Assembly (NCBI GenBank): GCA_963805625.1
Contig: CAWDVE010000010.1
Location: forward strand, 224,001-288,000
Length of the DNA stretch: 64,000 bases
From: an uncultured Candidatus Rokubacteria bacterium
Lineage (GTDB): Bacteria; Methylomirabilota; Methylomirabilia; Rokubacteriales; DASRDR01
Direction: 5' to 3'
The notes below the pieces were generated by a model. The model saw only the letters and a program-made list of their open reading frames with translations. It had not been told where the DNA came from and did not search any database. A program made the position numbers and the translations under genes. Shown here in pieces: positions 10,331-18,046 of this stretch; within the stretch, counting starts at the first letter, position 1, and each line of letters opens with the position of its first letter.

Positions 10331-10426
10331 GATCATGACGGGCGGTTCCGGGCCACGGCCTGGGCCGCCCGTCGTCGTGTGTGGAGTGCCCGCCGATGCC
10401 CTCTAATGCCTGCCGCTGCCGGGAAT

Positions 10427-10450
10427 GTAGCAAAGACAGTAGCAAAGACA
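10427..10450. repeat. 12-bp tandem direct repeat GTAGCAAAGACA x2 (integrase arm-site-like)
   Basis: Exact repeat, AT-richer than its context, about 130 bp downstream of the tRNA 3' end. Confidence 0.75.
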
Positions 10451-10471
10451 GGGCGGGGCCGCGGGCGCGGG

Positions 10472-10810
10472 CTACGGCGCGGCGAGCTCCCGCCTGAGCC
10501 GACTCACGAAGGCGAGGCGATCGCGACGGCGTCGGGACCGCCGGGCCCGCTTCGCCCGATACCGGCCGGAGGCCCAGCAGACCCGGGAGCAGTAGGCCGC
10601 GACGGTCGACCCGCCCACGAACCACGGTCCGCACTGAGCCGTCGAGCGCGGAGCCGGCGCCGTACAGACCCGCACCCGATGCCTCTCGACACCGAGCAGT
10701 CGTAGGAACTCGAGCGTCGCGGCGAGCACGGGATCATCGTCGTGGAGCGGGCTCACGTCGAAGTACGGGCGGCCCGTGGACGGTGACACCGCGGCGACGA
10801 TCCGCACCAC
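10472..10810 (-). CDS. Small CGNR-zinc-finger-like protein or remnant
   Basis: RVRVC-x9-CGPWF-x7-YCSRVC followed by an Arg-rich tail. Confidence 0.45.
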   Translation of the reverse strand: MVRIVAAVSPSTGRPYFDVSPLHDDDPVLAATLEFLRLLGVERHRVRVCTAPAPRSTAQCGPWFVGGSTVAAYCSRVCWASGRYRAKRARRSRRRRDRLAFVSRLRRELAAP

Positions 10811-10922
10811 GCGCTCGAGCGTGACCGTCCGAGCCGGCGGCCGGACCCCCGGACCGTCTACCCGGCGACCCCGTGGAAGGCAATGTTATGCCGAAGCGGA
10901 CGTACGCGGGGGCGTGTGACTG

Positions 10923-11219
10923 CTACGTCGAGGGCGTGGGTCGGTCAGACTCGACGACGAGGGGCCCATTGACGGTCCGATCCGCCGTGGAGACCCATGC
11001 CTCGCGGTTCTTCACCCGAAGGCTCCGGACGCGGAAGGCGAGATTCTGACGCTCCACTTCGCTCATGTGAGGGAGGCGAAACTCAAAGACGGCCTTCCAC
11101 ACGAAGAAGCCGCCGCATGGACATCCCTCGATGGTCAGCCAGTCTGGGAGTGGACTCCAATCAGCAATGGTGGCGACGTGGCTGCAGAGGGGACAGGATT
11201 CGGTGGCGCCGGTTACCAT
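10923..11219 (-). CDS. Small Zn-ribbon hypothetical protein (paralog of 17732-18010)
   Basis: CPLC...W...WLTIEGCPCGGFFV. Confidence 0.65.
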   Translation of the reverse strand: MVTGATESCPLCSHVATIADWSPLPDWLTIEGCPCGGFFVWKAVFEFRLPHMSEVERQNLAFRVRSLRVKNREAWVSTADRTVNGPLVVESDRPTPST

Positions 11220-11249
11220 GTGTCGTCAACAAGCCGAGCGCCCGCGCGG

Positions 11250-11483
11250 TCAGTCGAACGTGAGCTGCGTCACGATCCATCGGGCGGTCAGGTCTTCCTG
11301 GTGCCCGCCGGCCGTGACCAGGACGCCGTCCCTGACACCGGAGAGGGCGACCGTCGGGGCCATCCACAGGCGGCGCCCGTCGATCCTTAGCCGGCGCCTG
11401 ACCGGGTCCCAGGCGCCGATGGAGCCGGTGATGAGGAACCGCAGGGGGTGCGAGGAGACCACGGAGGTGAATGATTGGGGCAT
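11250..11483 (-). CDS. Small beta-rich hypothetical protein (OB-fold/DUF5666-like)
   Basis: ITGSIGAWDPVRRRLRIDGRRLW...GVLVTAGG...WIVTQL; GAGGT upstream. Confidence 0.5.
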   Translation of the reverse strand: MPQSFTSVVSSHPLRFLITGSIGAWDPVRRRLRIDGRRLWMAPTVALSGVRDGVLVTAGGHQEDLTARWIVTQLTFD

Positions 11484-11669
11484 GAGGGGACACCTCGCCG
11501 TCGGCCAGATGCTGGCGTGGCTCGTACGGCACTGGAGCGGATGCCACGGCGGCACCTTGCCCGCCGCGGGCCGCCCCGAAAGCGTGTCCCGAGGCCCGAA
11601 GTCTATCGCCGTTCCAACGTTCCGTCGAGGCCCGTCTGGCGCCGGGGGCCGGGGCTTGGTAGAGTCACT

Positions 11670-11997
11670 GACCCATGGGGCCTTGGGCTGCGCGAGCGCT
11701 TTGGCGTGTCGCGATCCCCGCGTGCCGTGGTACGTCAAGGTCCCTGGCGGCGGGTCTCGTCGCCTACGCGTTCAGCCCGATCGACCTGATTCCCGATTTC
11801 ATCCCGGTCTGGGATATCTGGACGACTTGGTGGTGATCCCCCTGGGCGACCTCCTGATGCGGAGGTGCATTCCGGCGGAGGTGTGGGTGGACTGCCAGGC
11901 CCGCGCCGAGCTCCTGACCACCCAGCCCGTCAGCCGGGTCGGAGCCGCGATCGTCGTGGGCCTGTGGCTTCTACTGGCCGCCTGTCCGTCTGGCTGA
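11670..11997 (+). pseudogene. YkvA/DUF1232 membrane protein, frameshifted
   Basis: RDPRVPWYVK, then AYAFSPIDLIPDFIPV in a second frame, then GYLDDLVVIPLG back in the first frame. Confidence 0.8.
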
Positions 11998-12081
11998 TCA
12001 GTTGGTCCGTGGCTGGTAGTTTGGTGCTGGCGGTGGACCCTTGGTAGTGTCGCGCGGTGCCACGATCGTGGGGGATCTCAG

Positions 12082-12510
12082 GTGCGCTTGATTATCACTG
12101 ACCCGGCGGGCGACGTCTGGGGCCGGCTCGAGCCGGAAACGTCGGAAGAGATTGTGGCCCTCGATCAGAGCGCGGCCCGGGGGGAGTGGACGATCGGACG
12201 TGGGACGATCGCCATCACCGAGCTCCGCGCGCTGGCCACCCGCTTGGGGTATCCGGTCCGGGTGACCGAGACACTCGAACCCCCGCGGCCCCCGCCGCCG
12301 CGGCTCGTGATCGTCCAGCGGGGTGAGACGGCGCTCGCCGAGCAGTTGCGGGGGATCGTGGTGCCTGGCGTGCCGGTGATCTGGGATCGGCGGGAGCGCA
12401 ACCGCCGGACCGTCTACCGCCCGGCCTCGGTGGATCGCCGCGGCCCGCAGTCCGCGACGTGGGGCACGCTGCGCTTCCTCGTCCTACGCGCCCCGGACCC
12501 GACCCCGTGA
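12082..12510 (+). CDS. Hypothetical protein with a C-terminal 'IWDRR...DRR' domain
   Basis: Coding-like ORF; RLVIVQRGE...VIWDRRERNRR...DRRGP. Confidence 0.55.
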   Translation: MRLIITDPAGDVWGRLEPETSEEIVALDQSAARGEWTIGRGTIAITELRALATRLGYPVRVTETLEPPRPPPPRLVIVQRGETALAEQLRGIVVPGVPVIWDRRERNRRTVYRPASVDRRGPQSATWGTLRFLVLRAPDPTP

Positions 12511-12637
12511 CCCCGCCCATTTGGCTCGACGCCACCGGCCGACCCTGGCCGACGCGGGCCTGCTGGACGATCGGCGTCGAATGAAAGTGAAGCCTGGTGG
12601 GCCCCGGCCGATGATCGGCTCTGGCTTCCGCGACGCG

Positions 12638-12877
12638 TTAGAACCTCGTAACGTTCGCGCGACGTCGCCTGCCCCAGGCGAGAGCGATACTCAGTCCAAG
12701 ACCGGCAAGGAGCAGTGTCGATGGTTCAGGCACCATGAAGGTGTATCGAAGCTCAAAATGGTTCACCGAAAATGGGCACGGATCCGGGCTGCAGTGTATG
12801 GGGCCGTAGGCGTGAGGGCGCCGCTGGAGTAGAGCGGGAACATCCCGGCACAGCCCAACGAGTCCCGCGAATTGCAT
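12638..12877 (-). pseudogene. PEP-CTERM sorting-signal protein remnant (or miniprotein)
   Basis: VPEPSTLLLAGLGLSIALAWGRRRR at the C-terminus; no clear signal peptide or body. Confidence 0.7.
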
Positions 12878-12928
12878 AGAACAGGCTCACCCGTCGCCCA
12901 GACGAGAGCGAGCACCGAGGAGTCACGT

Positions 12929-13348
12929 ATGTTCAAACACATCCTGGTCCCGATCGATCTCAGCGATCGGAATGAGCGCACGTTGCGCATCGCGGTCGGA
13001 CTCGCGCGGATCACAGAGAGCCGGGTGACGCTGTTACACGTCATTCAGGATGTCGCCGGGCTATCGACGCGGGAACTGCGCAACTTCTACAAGACACTAG
13101 CGCAGCGCTCGCAGCGCACGCTCGCACGGGCGGCCAAGCGATTCGTCGACGCCGAGGTGGCCGTCCGAGCTATCGTTGTCATCGGGAATCCCGCCCGCGA
13201 GATCATCAGGGCGGCGACGGCCCGGAAGGTGGCCCTGATTGTGATGGGCTCCCACCGCGTGATGCCGGGACGTCCTGGCCGAGGCTTCGGTACTATCAGC
13301 TACAAGGTCGGGATGGCCTGTCCGTGTCCCATCCTCCTGGTGAAATGA
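12929..13348 (+). CDS. Universal stress protein (UspA family)
   Basis: MFKHILVPIDLS, GNPAREII, LIVMGSH, GTISYKV...CPILLVK; RBS GAGGAG. Confidence 0.92.
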   Translation: MFKHILVPIDLSDRNERTLRIAVGLARITESRVTLLHVIQDVAGLSTRELRNFYKTLAQRSQRTLARAAKRFVDAEVAVRAIVVIGNPAREIIRAATARKVALIVMGSHRVMPGRPGRGFGTISYKVGMACPCPILLVK

Positions 13349-13398
13349 ACCGAGGTCGAAAGACTCAGGTGTCTGCACGCCGTGAATCGAGGGAAACC

Positions 13399-13458
13399 AT
13401 GATCGCCGCCGTCTACGCTCGCAGGTCGACCGCGCGGATGGCGGTGCCGGAGCTGTGA
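13399..13458 (+). pseudogene. Serine recombinase N-terminal remnant
   Basis: MIAAVYARRST (YARxS catalytic-Ser motif) with RBS GAGGG, truncated after 19 codons. Confidence 0.55.
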
Positions 13459-13460
13459 GG

Positions 13461-13592
13461 CTAGGTTGGCTCGTCGACGGTGATCAATCCCGGCCCAGAG
13501 TACATGACCTCGCGAGCCAGGTCCTCCGGGGTCATGACGCGCTCGATACGGGGCGGCTCGTAGAGTGGGGCCATCGAGGGCGTCTCGGCCAT
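13461..13592 (-). CDS. 43-aa peptide, RiPP-precursor-like: MAETPSMAPLYEPPRIERVMTPEDLAREVMYSGPGLITVDEPT
   Basis: GGAGG 8 nt before ATG; upstream promoter motif; YxxPxI leader motif; too short for the ORF track. Confidence 0.65.
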   Translation of the reverse strand: MAETPSMAPLYEPPRIERVMTPEDLAREVMYSGPGLITVDEPT

Positions 13593-13629
13593 GCGGCGGT
13601 CCTCCGAGCGTGGGGTGGTCACCGCCGTG

Positions 13630-13659
13630 ACGGTAGGCTGGTGGGGTGGCGGGTGTCAA
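13630..13659 (-). promoter_or_regulatory. Putative sigma70 promoter for the 43-aa peptide
   Basis: Minus strand TTGACA-18 nt-TACCGT. Confidence 0.55.
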
Positions 13660-13790
13660 GCCTCTGCCAGTGTGGTTCGATGAGAGAAGTGCAGCGGGTC
13701 TGCCACGACCAGGACGGCCTCGGCCCGTTTCCTGGTCATTTCCGCGAAAGCGCCGTCCAACTGCTCGACGTGCCCCAGCTCGGGCGCGAG
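13656..13790 (-). pseudogene. ABC transporter substrate-binding protein (ABC_sub_bind-like) internal fragment
   Basis: EQLDGAFAEMTRKRAEAVLVVADPLHFSHR followed by a stop. Confidence 0.6.
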
Positions 13791-13962
13791 ACGGATCGGC
13801 GCAGGCACCGCCACCCGTCCGACCGGCAGGCGCCAGCCTGGCCTGGCCCGCGTGAGCCACGGTCACCGGGGCCGGTCCCGCTGGTCGGCCAAAGGCTAGG
13901 ATTCGGGCTGACGGGCCGTGCCCGAAGGCGCGAGGTACACGAATCCAACCAGGAGATGCGAG

Positions 13963-14820
13963 ATGGCGAACGGACTGAAGCTCGCCCTGTTCGGATTGCA
14001 TCGAGGCGGCAGTGCCGAGCCGGACACGCTGGTCCGGCGGGCGCGGCTGGCGGAAGAGGTCGGCTTCGAGTCGTTCTGGATTGGCGACCACATCGCCCTG
14101 CCGTCCGCGGAGACCCAAGGGGGCGACCCTCCGGCGCAGCCGCGCCTCGAGGCGGTGGTTGCCCTCGCCTACATGGCGGCGTTAACAAGTCGCGTGCGGC
14201 TCGCGATCGGCGTCATCGTGCTGCCCCAGCGCCAGCCGGTGCTGCTGGCGAAACAGCTCTCGACGATCGACGTCCTCTCGAAGGGGCGGCTGATCGTCGG
14301 CATCGGGGTCGGCTATGTCGAACCGGAACTTCGGGCGCTCGGCGCGTCGCTCGCCGATCGGGGCGCCCGAACCGACGAGTACCTGGCCGCGATGCGAGCG
14401 CTCTGGGATGAGCCAACCCCGTCGTTCTCGGGGCGCTTCGTCTCCTTTGCCGATGTCATCGAGCGGCCGCGGCCGGTCCAGCGGCCGCATCCGCCGATCG
14501 TGATCGGCGGGCATTCGCCGGCGGCGTACCGCCGCGCGACCCAGGCCGGGAACGGCTGGCACGGGTGGGACCTGGACCTCGAGCAGACCGCCCAGGCGCT
14601 GGCGACTCTACGCGAGACCGGGGGCCGCTCCGAGCGCCCGGCGGCGCTCGGCAAGCTCGAGATCACGATCACGCCACGCGGCACCCCTGACGTCGACACG
14701 GCTCGCCGGTACGCCGACCTTGGCGTGCATCGGCTGGCCATCCAGCCGCACACGATGGAGGGGTCCGCGATGGATGAGCTGATCACGCGGGTTGGCGGGA
14801 CGCTCGTCGGGCGGATCTGA
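13963..14820 (+). CDS. LLM-class (probably F420-dependent) oxidoreductase
   Basis: GFESFWIGDH, LPQRQPVLLAKQ, DVLSKGRLIVGIGVG, PPIVIGG. Confidence 0.9.
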   Translation: MANGLKLALFGLHRGGSAEPDTLVRRARLAEEVGFESFWIGDHIALPSAETQGGDPPAQPRLEAVVALAYMAALTSRVRLAIGVIVLPQRQPVLLAKQLSTIDVLSKGRLIVGIGVGYVEPELRALGASLADRGARTDEYLAAMRALWDEPTPSFSGRFVSFADVIERPRPVQRPHPPIVIGGHSPAAYRRATQAGNGWHGWDLDLEQTAQALATLRETGGRSERPAALGKLEITITPRGTPDVDTARRYADLGVHRLAIQPHTMEGSAMDELITRVGGTLVGRI

Positions 14821-15060
14821 TGGGCAGCCCGGGCGACACACTCCTCGCCCCCCGGTATCCGACTGATGCGGGTCCGGATTAGGACTAGGATGAGCGAGCC
14901 GACCTCCTGCCGAGATGTGCGATGCTCCGCGCTCCCGGGGGGCGTGCGGTGGATCAACGTCGAAAAGCGGGCGGGCGTGCTGACAAGCGAACAACAGTTG
15001 CCGGAGGCGATCGCCGCCCTCTGAGGGTGGCGACGCTTCGCCCGGTCGTATCGTTCCAGC

Positions 15061-15945
15061 GTGATCGTCCATCTCGTCGACGGGACTTTCGAGCTGTTCC
15101 GCCACTTCCTCTCGCCGGCGGCCGCTTTCGGCCGGAGCACCCCGGAGGAACTGAGGGGGGTCCGCGGCGTGGTCGCGTCCATCCTGGGGATGCTCGAGGA
15201 GGGAGCGACGCATGTGGGCGTGGCCACCGACCACGTCATCGAGTCGTTTCGCAACGCGCTCTGGCCTGGCTACAAGACGGGCGAGGGTATCGACCCGGTG
15301 CTCTACGCACAGTTCGAGCCGCTGGAGGAGGCCTTGCGCGCCCTTGGCGTGATCGTCTGGCCCATGGTCGAGTTCGAGGCCGACGATGCGCTGGCCGCGG
15401 GGGCCGCCATGGCCGCGGCCGATCCGCGCGTCGAGCAAGTGCTGGTGTGCACGCCGGACAAGGACCTGGCGCAATGCGTGCGAGGCGACCGGGTCGTCCA
15501 GCTGGACCGACGCACGGGCGAGCGACGCGACGAGGCGGGGGTGCGCCGGAAGTTCGGCGTTCCGCCCGCGTCGATTCCCGACTGGCTCGCGCTTGTGGGT
15601 GACAGCGCTGACGGCTACCCGGGTCTGCCCGGCTGGGGGAAGACGTCCGCGGCGACGGTCCTCGCTCGCTATCGGCACATCGAACACATTCCGAGGCTGG
15701 CGACCGAGTGGGACATATCCGTGCGTGGCGCTGCGCGCCTGGCCACGACCCTTTCGGAACAGCGCGATCGCGCGCTGCTGTTCCGGGAGCTGGCCACGCT
15801 GGGCACCGATGCGCCCATCGGCACCGAGGTGGACGCGCTGCGTTGGACCGGGCCGCGCTCCGAGTTCGAGAGGTGGTCCGTGCGCCTCGGCTCGGCCGAG
15901 CTTCACGAGCGCGCCTCCGTGCTGGCGGCCGCGCGCGTCGGCTAG
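15061..15945 (+). CDS. Standalone 5'-3' exonuclease / flap endonuclease
   Basis: HLVDGT, FRNALWPGYK, EADD, PDKDLAQ, LVGDSADGYPGLPGWGKTSA (H3TH). Confidence 0.9.
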   Translation: MIVHLVDGTFELFRHFLSPAAAFGRSTPEELRGVRGVVASILGMLEEGATHVGVATDHVIESFRNALWPGYKTGEGIDPVLYAQFEPLEEALRALGVIVWPMVEFEADDALAAGAAMAAADPRVEQVLVCTPDKDLAQCVRGDRVVQLDRRTGERRDEAGVRRKFGVPPASIPDWLALVGDSADGYPGLPGWGKTSAATVLARYRHIEHIPRLATEWDISVRGAARLATTLSEQRDRALLFRELATLGTDAPIGTEVDALRWTGPRSEFERWSVRLGSAELHERASVLAAARVG

Positions 15946-16011
15946 CACGGTCACGTCACAAGCACCTGGTGCACGAACGTGGCCACGCGTATCCGCGCGT
16001 CCGGGCGGAAC

Positions 16012-16033
16012 ACACGTATGAGACACGTATGAG
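16012..16033. repeat. 11-bp tandem repeat ACACGTATGAG x2 (candidate activator site)
   Basis: Exact repeat about 115 bp upstream of a -24/-12 motif. Confidence 0.65.
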
Positions 16034-16148
16034 ATCGGTGTCAGGAGCGAGGCGTCGTGACCCCAGTGGGGCAGCGCCGGGGCAGCTGCCGGCCCCGGAA
16101 CTCACCGCGTCAGGCGTTTCCACGAGCGGAGGGCCGCCGAGGCCCGCC

Positions 16149-16164
16149 TGGCGTGGGTGTTGCA
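16149..16164 (+). promoter_or_regulatory. Putative sigma54 (-24/-12) promoter
   Basis: TGGCGT-GGGTG-TTGCA with correct GG-N10-GC spacing, upstream of RBS GGGAGG and ATG 16227. Confidence 0.6.
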
Positions 16165-16226
16165 CCAATGCGCTAGAGGCCGGGACGCCGCTCCGCCGGT
16201 CATCTCGAGTCTCAGGGAGGTGGACT

Positions 16227-16748
16227 ATGGGTAGAGGCTGGCTGTATCGAAGTGTTATCGCGGTGGTCCTGACGGTCGGCATTCGCGGCGTGGCCGTCGC
16301 CCAGGAGAAGTCGCAGCTCTCGGATCAGCTGATCGAGCAGCTCGCGACGGGACTCACACGGATCGCGGAAGCCGGGAGTGCCCGGATGGCTGCCTACTTC
16401 ACCGCGGAGCCCACCCCTCAGGTCCGGGCGTATCTCGAGGGCCAGGGCGTCGAGGTCATCGTCACCGCCGCCGCCGCCGCGATGGCCCCGGCGGGGCCGC
16501 CGCCGGGGCCGATGGGCGCCAGCCCGATGCCGTCGGCGCCAGGCTTCACCACGATGCCGGCACCCGGCTCCGCTCCCGGCCCTTACGGGATGATGGGCAT
16601 GCGGGTGCCGGAATCGAAGAAGATGATCCAGGACTTCCTCACGGGCGTGCGCGAGCTGGCATCGAGCTTGCCGGCGGACAGCCCGCTCGCGATCGACGTG
16701 TTCACGGTGGACTTGCCCGGGGGGAGCATTACATTCCGGCTGCGATAG
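16227..16748 (+). CDS. Secreted hypothetical protein with a Pro/Met-rich linker
   Basis: Signal peptide ending AVA-Q; RBS GGGAGG; AMAPAGPPPGPMG...GMMGM segment. Confidence 0.7.
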   Translation: MGRGWLYRSVIAVVLTVGIRGVAVAQEKSQLSDQLIEQLATGLTRIAEAGSARMAAYFTAEPTPQVRAYLEGQGVEVIVTAAAAAMAPAGPPPGPMGASPMPSAPGFTTMPAPGSAPGPYGMMGMRVPESKKMIQDFLTGVRELASSLPADSPLAIDVFTVDLPGGSITFRLR

Positions 16749-16794
16749 TGAGACCTGGCCGACTGGGAGCGTCGCGCAGAGAGGGAGATCGGAC

Positions 16795-17124
16795 ATGAAG
16801 CGAGTCATTGCCGCCGTGGTTCTGCTGGCTCTCGTCGCGCTCGTCCTGGTACCCGTGCCCGCCCAGGCCAACGGCCGCTTCTGGGGCGCGTTCGTGGCCG
16901 GGGGTCTCGCAGGGTTGATCGTCGGCGGGGCGCTGGCCACACCGCAGTACGTGCCGCCGACCGTGGTCTATCCGTACCCGCCATACGCGCAACCCCCGGG
17001 CTACGCCATGCCCGCGCCCGTGTACGCGCCCGGCTACTCGGGCGGGGGGCCCGTTTACATCCCACCGCAGTGGGTGTGGAACGGCTATCAGTGGGTGTGG
17101 CAGGCGGGTTACTGGCGATACTAG
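16795..17124 (+). CDS. Secreted Pro/Tyr-rich small protein (YXWGXW-like C-terminus)
   Basis: Signal peptide AQA, Gly-zipper-like segment, PPQWVWNGYQWVWQAGYW; RBS GAGGGAG. Confidence 0.75.
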   Translation: MKRVIAAVVLLALVALVLVPVPAQANGRFWGAFVAGGLAGLIVGGALATPQYVPPTVVYPYPPYAQPPGYAMPAPVYAPGYSGGGPVYIPPQWVWNGYQWVWQAGYWRY

Positions 17125-17193
17125 GCAGATCGTGACGGCTCCACTTCTCTGCTACCGCAGGGTGAGGTGAGCCGTCCCCTGGAGGCAGCATCG

Positions 17194-17212
17194 GAAACGC
17201 AGTCTGCGTTTC
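17194..17212. promoter_or_regulatory. Perfect palindrome GAAACGCAG-T-CTGCGTTTC (operator-like)
   Basis: 9-bp inverted repeat with a 1-nt spacer in an intergenic region. Confidence 0.5.
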
Positions 17213-17266
17213 TTCGCTACGTGACAACTCGTTGCGAGCCTGCGTCTTGGGCGGAGAGCGAAGAAC

Positions 17267-17545
17267 ATGAGACCCAACCCTCGAGCATCCCGGGCGGTCG
17301 CGCAGCCCGGGTCACGTGCGCGGCGCCGGACGTCGTCGCCGCCCGGCCCGCACCGGCGCCCGCGGCTCGGTTGGCAGACAGTGTCGCCTGGCAAAGCCGT
17401 GACGCCTGCTGAGTTGGAGGCCGATACTGTCGCCGTGCTGGTGCGTCTCCTCGAATGGGCCACTCCCGCGGGTGTGGACTTCGAGTCGGCGCTGCGCCGA
17501 GCTCGCACAGTCGAGACCGAGCGCCTCCAGGGACCTGCCCGATGA
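17267..17545 (+). CDS. Hypothetical protein with a helical C-terminus
   Basis: ORF with GGAGAG upstream; amphipathic C-terminal helices. Confidence 0.4.
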   Translation: MRPNPRASRAVAQPGSRARRRTSSPPGPHRRPRLGWQTVSPGKAVTPAELEADTVAVLVRLLEWATPAGVDFESALRRARTVETERLQGPAR

Positions 17546-17731
17546 GTTGCAGCCTCCGGCGGTGGGACGGGAAGGGGTGACGGCCCCCGCGTAAAGCCAT
17601 CACGGCTGATGCCTCGCGGCGTGGCACCCGACCAGTCCACCCTCTGGCCACTTGTTCGCCACCGACCGTCCAGGAGTGAGCCTAGTGCTTCCGGGTATCG
17701 CCGTTTCCCCGAAGGGCGTACCGTTCTCTCG

Positions 17732-18010
17732 ATGGCCCTGGACGACGAGCGCTGCTGCTTCTGCCGACGCGCCGTGCTGGTCGGAGAATGGCCTGCCCGC
17801 CCGGGCTGGCTGGAGATCGAGTGCCCCATCTGCGGTCTCTATCGGGTGGAACGACAGTTCTGGGTCACCGCCCACTACAAGAAGGCGAGAGAGCCGGTTC
17901 TCTATCGACGGCTGGCCCGCTGGCTCGAGGAGTCTCGGGAACGCGCCCAGCCGCCGGAGATCCCGTTCGAGGGCTGGGAGCGGGTCGCGGGGTCGCATCC
18001 GGGCGCGTGA
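17732..18010 (+). CDS. Small Zn-ribbon hypothetical protein (paralog of 10923-11219)
   Basis: CCFC...W...WLEIECPICGLYRV. Confidence 0.65.
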   Translation: MALDDERCCFCRRAVLVGEWPARPGWLEIECPICGLYRVERQFWVTAHYKKAREPVLYRRLARWLEESRERAQPPEIPFEGWERVAGSHPGA

Positions 18011-18046
18011 GCCCGCTCCGCCTCTCTGAGACGCGGGGGCGCTCGG

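Noticed and set aside
10870-10900. GGCATAAC/GTTATGCC segment resembling a dif half-site or integron attC core
   Set aside because: No second Xer arm and no complementary attC end
14890-15024. 44-codon ORF MSEPTSC...GVRWINVE...EAIAAL, faintly like a redoxin C-terminus
   Set aside because: Similarity too weak to call; at most a remnant
17267-17545. MazG-like helical pattern in the C-terminus
   Set aside because: No EExxE...ExxD catalytic motif; left as hypothetical
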